Shown here: piece by piece, positions 25,844 to 34,000 of the stretch | Layout of the letters: each line of letters opens with the position of its first letter | Numbering within the stretch: position 1 is the stretch's first letter | Assembly: GCA_043808095.1 (NCBI GenBank) | Contig: JAZDFF010000040.1 | Coordinates: 1,908-65,907, forward strand | Source of the DNA: Candidatus Omnitrophota bacterium | Lineage (GTDB): Bacteria > Omnitrophota > Gorgyraeia > JAZDFF01 | Direction of reading: 5' to 3' | DNA: 64,000 nt | Notes under the pieces: model-generated | Databases searched by the model: none | The model's input: only the letters and a program-made list of their open reading frames with translations | What the model was told of the DNA's origin: nothing | Translations under genes and position numbers: made by a program

Positions 25844-26287
25844 TTACTTTTTAACTACCCAGACCTTGATCTTGGTCTTGATATCATGGCCTAAATCTAC
25901 GTCTACATCATAAATCCCCAAATCTTCGATGGGGTCTTTTAAGAGAATCTGCTTCTTATCTATTGAAATGCCTTCTTGTCCTAAAACACGGGCAATATCT
26001 AAAGCAGCAACGCTTGCATATAACTTATCCTGTTCGTGGGTCTCAACGCTTATGGTATAAGAGGTATTAGAAATCTTCTGGGCAAGTTCTCGGGCATCAT
26101 TTTTTTCTTTCTCCTCTTTGGCAATTTTGAGCTTTTTTTCCATCTCCAGTCTTTTCACATTTGCCTGAGTCATCACCAAAGCAAGACCTTTGGGGATAAG
26201 ATAATTACGGGCGTAACCTTCTTTCACTATTACATTATCTCCAGTCTTGCCTAAATGCTCAATATCTTTTCGTAATATTACTTCCAT
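25844..26287 (-). CDS. rplI: Ribosomal protein L9.
   Basis: It matches the L9 N- and C-terminal domains and lies in the rpsF-ssb-rpsR-rplI operon. Confidence 0.9.
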   Translation of the reverse strand: MEVILRKDIEHLGKTGDNVIVKEGYARNYLIPKGLALVMTQANVKRLEMEKKLKIAKEEKEKNDARELAQKISNTSYTISVETHEQDKLYASVAALDIARVLGQEGISIDKKQILLKDPIEDLGIYDVDVDLGHDIKTKIKVWVVKK

Positions 26288-26289
26288 CT

Positions 26290-26553
26290 CTATCTTCCTG
26301 TATAAGATAAAACAGCTAGGTATCTAGCTCGTTTTATTGCCTCGGTAAGACGCCTTTGGTGTTTAGCGCAATTACCCGAAAAGCGACTCGATTGCATTTT
26401 CCCTCGCTCAGAAATAAATTTCTCTAATAATTTTATCTCTTTATAATCTATGACAATTTGTTTATCCCTACAAAATCTACAAAAGCGCTTTCTCAATGCC
26501 TCTTTTCCATAAAAACCTTCCCTCTTTTTTTTCTTCTTCTTAATTATCATCAT
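26290..26553 (-). CDS. rpsR: Ribosomal protein S18.
   Basis: It has the S18 core, including CRFCRD. Confidence 0.9.
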   Translation of the reverse strand: MMIIKKKKKKREGFYGKEALRKRFCRFCRDKQIVIDYKEIKLLEKFISERGKMQSSRFSGNCAKHQRRLTEAIKRARYLAVLSYTGR

Positions 26554-26566
26554 TGTCTCCTTAGAG

Positions 26567-27025
26567 CTAAATCTGACTTTTGTCTATATCTTCTTCGGCA
26601 GGAACATCCTCCTGCCATGGAGTCTCGGGCCCTGGCATGGCCTTGCCTTCCTCAGCAGGCCCCTCGACCATTCCGGTTCTGGCCTTTGTATCGCCAGGTG
26701 ACCCTAAGAATTGTATGCGCTCTCCCCTGACTTCTAATACATTTCTTTTTTTGCCCTCGTTATCTTCCCAGGAACGCGACTGCAGCCTCCCTTCAACAAA
26801 TAAGGGCTTTCCTTTCTGCAGATATTGGTTGCATACCTCGGCCTGTTTATCCCAGACCACAACGGTAAGAAAGCAGACATCAGTCTTTGCTTCTCCGGTC
26901 TTATCTTTGTATCGCCGGTTTACTGCCATCCTTAGATTAGCCACTGCTGTGCCCTGAGGCGTATAACGCAGTTCCGGATCCCGGGTAAGATTACCAATTA
27001 AAAATACTTTATTAAAATTTGCCAT
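26567..27025 (-). CDS. ssb: Single-stranded DNA-binding protein.
   Basis: It has an OB fold (FLIGNLTRDPELRYT..) and an acidic C-terminal tail. Confidence 0.9.
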   Translation of the reverse strand: MANFNKVFLIGNLTRDPELRYTPQGTAVANLRMAVNRRYKDKTGEAKTDVCFLTVVVWDKQAEVCNQYLQKGKPLFVEGRLQSRSWEDNEGKKRNVLEVRGERIQFLGSPGDTKARTGMVEGPAEEGKAMPGPETPWQEDVPAEEDIDKSQI

Positions 27026-27037
27026 TATGGTACCTCG

Positions 27038-27328
27038 CTATTTTGTATTTCTTAAAATCATAGATCTTAAGATATTCTCATTCATTAGAAATATTTGTTT
27101 TAATGTCAGCATAGCACTTGGCATAGCGGTAAAACGGGCAAGATAATAGGTGCCCTCGCTGGAACCTTTGATAGGATAGGCCAATTTCTTTTTTGCTGAC
27201 CAGACTTCGGCGCTTAAATTGGCCCCTGTATTCTTTGAAATTGCGTCCTGGATCTGCTTAAAAACTAAATTCAACTGGTCTTCCGCTAAACTCCCCTTTA
27301 CCACAAACATAGCTTCATAATTATTCAC
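27038..27328 (-). CDS. rpsF: Ribosomal protein S6.
   Basis: It matches the S6 family and is the first gene of the S6-SSB-S18-L9 operon. Confidence 0.88.
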   Translation of the reverse strand: MNNYEAMFVVKGSLAEDQLNLVFKQIQDAISKNTGANLSAEVWSAKKKLAYPIKGSSEGTYYLARFTAMPSAMLTLKQIFLMNENILRSMILRNTK

Positions 27329-27332
27329 TCTG

Positions 27333-27917
27333 TTAGACCTCCCTCTTTTGCCTCTGTTTTTTGTTGAACTGCGCCATTGCTTTTTCCGTGCCGTCTTTGA
27401 GCCATGCTAAACAACAATCGGCGGCATTTTCTAAAATCGGTTTAAGTCTTTTTTCCTCATCCGGGCTAAATCTGGATAACACATAGTCGCTTAAATCGCA
27501 GTGAACCGGTTTTCCGATGCCGATTTTTAAACGGGTAAACTCGTGGGTCCCTAAATTTTCGATAACTGACCTTAAGCCCTTGTGCCCGCCGGAACTCCCC
27601 TTGGGACGCAGGCGTAAAGTGCCCAAGTTTAAATCTACATCATCATAAACTACTAAGAGATTTTCGGGCGGAATCCTCTTCTTTGAGGTTATCGATCTTA
27701 CTGCCTGGCCCGATAGATTCATAAAAACAAGCGGCCTGGCTAAAATCACCGTCTTTCCGAAAAACCTGACCCTTGTGACAAAATTTTCTTTTGAGGAATC
27801 TTTCTGAAAAATAACTCCGGCTTCTTTGGCCAAGGCCTCAACAACCCGCGCGCCTAAATTATGGCGATTATCGGCGTAAGCCTTTCCCGGATTACCTAAA
27901 CCCACAATAAGATGCAT
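27333..27917 (-). CDS. pth: Peptidyl-tRNA hydrolase.
   Basis: It has the N-terminal motif LIVGLGNPG..Y..RHN. Confidence 0.92.
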   Translation of the reverse strand: MHLIVGLGNPGKAYADNRHNLGARVVEALAKEAGVIFQKDSSKENFVTRVRFFGKTVILARPLVFMNLSGQAVRSITSKKRIPPENLLVVYDDVDLNLGTLRLRPKGSSGGHKGLRSVIENLGTHEFTRLKIGIGKPVHCDLSDYVLSRFSPDEEKRLKPILENAADCCLAWLKDGTEKAMAQFNKKQRQKREV

Positions 27918-27923
27918 ACTTTA

Positions 27924-28652
27924 TTATTTTTCTGCCTTTTTCTCTTGCTTGGGGGTTGTCTCAGTCTTAGCTTGAGGTTTTTCCTCGCCAGCTTCTGGAA
28001 TTTCTTTCTTTTCCTTAATTACTTCGGGCTCTAATTTTTCTTCTGTGGCCAGTTCTACCTCTGCAGCCGGCACTTCTACCTTAGCAGGCGGCACAACGGA
28101 TAAAACTACTGCCTCTGGATCAGCTGAAACTTTTACTTTAGACGGTAATTTTAAATCTTTAATGTGTATGGCATCACCGATCTTTAAACCAGAGACATCC
28201 ACCTCAACATCCTTAGGCATATCTGTAGGCAAACATTCTATTTCTAGCTCCCAAAGTATGTGGTCTAATACGCCCCCGTCTTGCTTAACACCGACGGCCT
28301 CGCCTTTTGCAACGATAGGAATCTTAACCTTAATTTCCTTAGTCAAAGAAATCTGGCAGAAATCCACATGAACAACATCTTCTGTTAAGGGATGGTACTG
28401 GATATCCTTGATTAAAACCGGAATATCTTTTTGTTTTTTGGCGCCTTCTAAAATATTAAGATTTATAATTACGCTTTCTGCACTATGCGATTGCAGGAAG
28501 TGCATAAAATCCCTTTTGTTTATCTGGATAGCCTGGGATTCCTTTTTTTGCCCATAGACTATTCCAGGGATAAGACCCTTATGGCGCAATGCCGTAATTT
28601 TGCCCTTACCCAATTGATCTCTTTTTTCAACCTCTAGTTTTATTTCTTCCAT
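27924..28652 (-). CDS. rplY: Ribosomal protein L25 / general stress protein Ctc.
   Basis: It has the L25 N-terminal beta-barrel and a Ctc-like C-terminal extension with a Glu/Lys-rich tail. Confidence 0.88.
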   Translation of the reverse strand: MEEIKLEVEKRDQLGKGKITALRHKGLIPGIVYGQKKESQAIQINKRDFMHFLQSHSAESVIINLNILEGAKKQKDIPVLIKDIQYHPLTEDVVHVDFCQISLTKEIKVKIPIVAKGEAVGVKQDGGVLDHILWELEIECLPTDMPKDVEVDVSGLKIGDAIHIKDLKLPSKVKVSADPEAVVLSVVPPAKVEVPAAEVELATEEKLEPEVIKEKKEIPEAGEEKPQAKTETTPKQEKKAEK

Positions 28653-28820
28653 GTGCCCTCGCTGTGCTCGGGAGAAACCAGATAACTGAGCACAGAAACC
28701 AGAATTTTTCTCTGGTTACTGTCCCGAATGAAGCTATTTGATTAGCTATTCTTCGGGATCCCGAAGTGATGCTATAGTAGTTACTACATTCGGGATAATC
28801 TGGTTACTGATTACTCTTAA

Positions 28821-29759
28821 TTAATCAAAAAGACAACTCACTGACTCTTCGTTATGAATCCTTTTTATCGCCTCGGCTAACAAGCCTGCCACTGACAAGA
28901 CCTTTATCCTGGGATGTTTTTTGGAATCTTTAAGCGGGATAGTATCGGTAATGAGTAATTGTTTTAACGGAGATTTATCGATTATGGAGAATGCATTGCC
29001 GGATAAAACCCCGTGAGAAATGGCTGCATATATCTCTTTTGCACCGGCCTTTTTCAATGCCTCAGTTGCCTCAATAAGCGAACCGCCGGTTGCTATAAGG
29101 TCATCAACAATCACTACGCGGGCACCTTTAACCTCGCCGAGTATATTCATAACCTCGGCCTTGTCGGGAGAGATCCTGCGCTTATCCACAATCGCCAGTT
29201 GTACCCCTAATCTCTTAGCATAGGCCCTGGCCATCTTTATTCCGCCTACATCCGGTGAAACTACTACAAAATCTCTTAATTTCATCTTTTGAAAGTATTC
29301 TACAAAGATATTTACCGCAAAAAGATGATCTAACGGTATATCAAAGAACCCCTGGATCTGGCCGGCATGAAGATCCATGGTCAAAACGCGGTTTGCCCCG
29401 GCTGTAGTAATCAGATTAGCCACTAATTTTGCCGTTATGGGCACGCGCGGCTGGTCCTTGCGGTCCTGCCGGGCATAACCAAAATAAGGCACGACTGCAG
29501 TAATCCTTTGGCTGGAGGCGCGCCGAAGGGCATCAATCATAATGAGAAGCTCCATAAGATTTTCATTAACCGGCGGGCAGGTCGGCTGTATAACGAATAC
29601 GTCTTTGCCGCGCGCATTTTCATTAATTTTAACCCGCACCTCTCCCTCGCTAAAACGGGTCACCATCGCATCTCTTAAAGAAACTCCTAGGCGCTGGCAG
29701 ATATCTTTGGCTAATTTTGGATGGGCGTTACCTGTAAATACTAAAAGTTTATCTTTCAT
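28821..29759 (-). CDS. prs: Ribose-phosphate pyrophosphokinase.
   Basis: It has the Prs N-terminal domain and the PRPP-binding loop (VDDLIATGGS). Confidence 0.93.
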   Translation of the reverse strand: MKDKLLVFTGNAHPKLAKDICQRLGVSLRDAMVTRFSEGEVRVKINENARGKDVFVIQPTCPPVNENLMELLIMIDALRRASSQRITAVVPYFGYARQDRKDQPRVPITAKLVANLITTAGANRVLTMDLHAGQIQGFFDIPLDHLFAVNIFVEYFQKMKLRDFVVVSPDVGGIKMARAYAKRLGVQLAIVDKRRISPDKAEVMNILGEVKGARVVIVDDLIATGGSLIEATEALKKAGAKEIYAAISHGVLSGNAFSIIDKSPLKQLLITDTIPLKDSKKHPRIKVLSVAGLLAEAIKRIHNEESVSCLFD

Positions 29760-29762
29760 TTT

Positions 29763-30518
29763 TCACCTGTTCTTTTTTATTGGCTCATCTATAACTGAGC
29801 CATGTAAATAATTTGCTTGGAGAGTATTACTTCCGTCGTATTCTGCGATGATGTCTTCGTTGTCGTAGATATAGCGGGTAATTACTCCATTGACATTCTT
29901 TTCAATCCTTCTTCCTATGCCGTCGTAGGTGTACTCTGCAAAGGTTAAGTCAGGGAAGTCAATGCGGATTAACTGATTCTCGACATCGTAAGTATAGTTG
30001 GTAGTCTCTAAGGTAGATTTGTTCTGCTTAGAAATTAGATTCCCATTGTCATCATAGGCGTAAGTATAGTTATCATCTTCCAGTAGTCTATTGGCCTCAT
30101 CATAGACATAGGTTAAAGGATTGCGGTTACCTACTGGGTCATAGGTGTAGTTTTCAGTAGGAATTGTGGGGTGCGTAGCGCCGATTAGTCGGTATAAATC
30201 ATCATAGCCATAGTCGTGCAGGCCAGTTAAATCAGTCATATCTTCCCGGTTGCCGACGTTATCATAGGTGTAGGTGTATGAATTAATAGTAACCAGATTA
30301 CTGAGCACAGAAACCTGATTATCTGTAGATTCTAGATGCAAGATACCAGATGCTAGTTTATCTCTGGTGACCTTGTGACTTGGTGACGTGGTGACCAAGG
30401 TAAGTAATCTACTTGCTAAGTCGTAAGTGTAGGCGGTTTGAGTGCGATGAATAAGATGATAAAGGTAATAGCTATTGTCTAGGAGTTTATCGGTTGAGAT
30501 ATAGTTTAGGTCTTTCAT
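29763..30518 (-). pseudogene. Orphan internal Rhs/YD-repeat fragment, a diverged duplicate of part of the large rhs gene.
   Basis: Its protein aligns block-by-block with a roughly 250-residue internal region of the 31071..36635 product (YTYDxVGNRE..DLTGLHDYGYDDLYRL..DEPI). Shared DNA stretches include TTCTAGATGCAAGATACCAGAT. Confidence 0.75.
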
Positions 30519-30551
30519 AGATTATTTCGTAATTTAATATGATTTAAGGAG

Positions 30552-31061
30552 TTATCGCGTTCTGACACTGTTTTTTCTGTTTTTTATTTTGTAAAACTTT
30601 AATATTGGCACCAAAAGAAATTTAAATAACTTCAATGCCTTAAATAATCTACTAGTTAAAAAAACTTTCTTGGTAATCTCTTTACTATATTGTTCAGCGG
30701 TCTTTTCCCAACCTTCTTTTTTATAACCATGACCTATTCTCTGAACATGATGACCTATTTCGTGAAAGAGCGTAGTTGCAAGTAATAATTTAGGAATTAT
30801 TGGAAAAATAATAAAAAAAATCCGAGGCATCTTGTAGAACATCCCAGATACATTTAGAACTATCTCTATATTTTTAGCATTTTGATATCCATAATAGAGA
30901 CCCGCAGCATCTTTAACATTTCTCTCTACAGGATAGTCAATTATTGTTATTTTATTTATTTTATACAAATCCTCTTGAGGGACAAATTTGAGTAATTCTT
31001 CAATGTTTTTTCTAAAGTTAAATTTTATACTTTTGTCTAGATTAATGATCTCAATTATCAT
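30552..31061 (-). CDS. Small HExxH-motif protein (LFHEIGHHV) immediately downstream of the rhs gene. It may be an Rhs-associated immunity or accessory protein.
   Basis: The HEIGHH motif is visible. The position relative to the Rhs C-terminal tip is the only other support. Confidence 0.45.
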   Translation of the reverse strand: MIIEIINLDKSIKFNFRKNIEELLKFVPQEDLYKINKITIIDYPVERNVKDAAGLYYGYQNAKNIEIVLNVSGMFYKMPRIFFIIFPIIPKLLLATTLFHEIGHHVQRIGHGYKKEGWEKTAEQYSKEITKKVFLTSRLFKALKLFKFLLVPILKFYKIKNRKNSVRTR

Positions 31062-31070
31062 CTCTGCTAA

Positions 31071-34000
31071 TTAAATTCCAAACACATGACTTAACCATTC
31101 AGCTATATCATCAATCAGTTTTTTCCATTTATCAGGCGGAAGTGGAGGAATAGGATTATGAGTAGCAGGTATCGTTGGTGGAATTTTGTAATATCCTGTC
31201 CTTTTACCTTTACCAGCTCCAGGATATGGTTCAGGTGAAGGGCCTTTAATAGCTTGATACAAAGCGTATCCACCAACTGCGGCAATAATAGCAACTTTCC
31301 CAAACTGTGTAGGTTCGGATAATGCCATTGTCGTACCAACAATAATCCAAGGAGGCATACACATTACGTTACCATAAGGATCGACATAAATTACAGGATT
31401 ATTTAACACATAGGGATAAAGGTTTAATGTGAGGGAATTAGTAAGAAAACCTTTAAACGAGTCTTCCTGCAAAAACCTCCCTATCCTCGCATCATAATAC
31501 CTGGCTCGATAGTAATACAAGCCTGTTTCAGAGTCGAATTCACGTCCAGTATAGGTAAACGGATTAGACAGTGTGCCGGTTTGGTTTACGATATTGCCAA
31601 AGGAATCATAGGTATACGTTCGCACTACAGCGCCGGTATTGTCTGTCAGAGCTGTTATACTGCCTAAGCCATCTACGTGATAGTAGTAAAGTTGTCCTCC
31701 CCTCTCCATCCTCAATGGCTCATCTATCCCAGGGCCGTGGAGGTATTTGGCGGTTAGGGTGTTGGTTACATCATATTCAGCAAGGATATCCTCGTTGTCG
31801 TAGACATAGCGAGTAATTACTTCATTTACATTCTTTTCGATTCTTCTGCCGAGGCCATCATAAATATAGTCAATAGTCGATGGTCCATAGTCAATAGAAA
31901 TTAACTGATTCTCGACATTGTAACCATAGGTAGTAACATCTGACGGATTGCTCTTATTGGTTTTAGTGATAAGGTTGCCGTTGTCGTCATATATATAGGT
32001 ATAAGTCCCATCGTCTACCAGTCGATTAGCGACATCGTAAACAAAACTTGCCGGATTGCGGTTACCCACTGGGTCATAGGTGTAGTCTTCAGTCGGGAAG
32101 GTCGGATGAGTTGCCTGAGTTAGTCTATATAAATCATCATAGCCATAGTCATGCAGGCCGGTTAAATCAGTCATCTCTTCCCGGTTACCGACAGAGTCGT
32201 AGGTGTAGGTGTAAGAGTCAAGAGTTGATTGTGTATCTTTAGATTCTAGATGCAAGATACCAGATACTAGTTTATTGTGTGATTTGGGATTTAAACTTGT
32301 TACCATACTTAACAGCCGGCTGGCCAAGTCGTATCCGTAGGCAGTCTGGGTATTGTTGGCTAAGATTAAGGCAGTCCTGCGAGAAAGCTGGTCATAACCA
32401 AAATGACTAATCAGTTGATCAGCGGCGGTCTTGATGTCGATGAGACGGTTTAGGTCATCATAAATATACTTGGTAACAACTGATTGAGGGTCAGTTAAAG
32501 TAAGGCGATTAGAGTTTTTATCATAGGTATAGCTGATAGTAGTGGCTGGCTGATGTCCCAAATTCGCAGTGGTTGCTTGAGTGAGTCTACCAGCTAAATC
32601 ATAATTCATTGTCAGGCCTGAATCAGGATTGGTTACTGAGGTCAGATTATTTACAGAGTCATAACCATTGGTTACATTTAGACCTGGCCCGGATTTGTTA
32701 GTCAGACGGTTTATCTGGTCATAGGTAAAGCTAATGGTTTGGCCTTTAAAGTCAATGACAGTCCCTAAGTTTCTATTTAAGTCATAGCTAAAGGTCTTGG
32801 TCTTGGTTAGAGGGTTAGCGATGGTTTTAAGCTGGTTTATTTCATCATAAGTAAAGTTTGTTTCGTGGAGTTTCGAATCAATGATTTTTTTCAGGCTCCC
32901 TGCCTCATCGTATTGATACTGGGTAGTTTTATTATCAGCATCTACTACTTTTTTCAGGCGGTTCATTGAGTCGTATTCAAAGGTAGTGGTATTGTTGTCG
33001 GCATCAGTTGAGGAAGTAATGTTACCGGCGTTATCATAGGCCAGGGTAGTGGTATGGCTTAAGGGGTCAGTAATGGTTAAGAGATTTTCTGTAACCGGGT
33101 CATAGGTAAAATTAGTCTCATTTTGAAGCGGGGTGCCAAAGCCAGAGATAATCTTAGACAGAAGCGAATAAGGACTATTATACTCCATCTTGGTAATATT
33201 GCCAAGGGCATCGGTTATCTGGATGGGATTTCCTTTTGTGTCATAATCAATATCAGTAAGATTAGATTCTGGGTCTAAGATGCTAGATACTTGATTAAAG
33301 TTCGGCTCATAGGTAAAGGTAGTGGTGGCGGAGATTGCATTCTCAGTTGAGGTCCGCAGATTACCTTTAGCATCATAAGTCATGGTTACTGTAGAGCTGT
33401 TAGGCCGGGTAATTTTTGTGGGATTATTATTTACGTCCCTTTCGATTGTGGTAGTCTGATTTAAGGCATCAATAATTTTTGCATAAGAGCCGAATTTTGA
33501 GGTCTGGGAGGTGGTTGTGTAGCCTTTGCCGTCGATAATCGTTTCTACGATATCAGCCGGCCGCACTACCGGTGCGGGATTCTGTGGTGTGCCTACACCA
33601 GGCGCTAAATCATTAATCAGGCCTTGCACTTCAGAAGGAAAAAACTGAATTATCTCCTGAGGGCTATTTGGAAAAAGCATCCGATTTACCCGGCCATAAT
33701 TATCATATTGGTATTGGGTGGTGAGATTCCGCTCATTGGTAGCGGCAGTTAAAAAATGACTATTATAGGTAAATGCCTTGGTAGTAGTGTCTGGATTAGT
33801 TATTCCGGATAGGTCGCCACTGGCATCAATGTTAAACTGAGTAATTCTACCTGCAGGGTCTTTTATGGATTGGAGCTTGCCTGATGTATTATAGATAAAT
33901 TCATATTTGCCGCCAGCAGGTAAAATAATCTCACTTATCTCTTCGGCTCTTCCGTCAGAATTGGCATCTATATAAATATATTGCGTAGTGTTGCCATTTC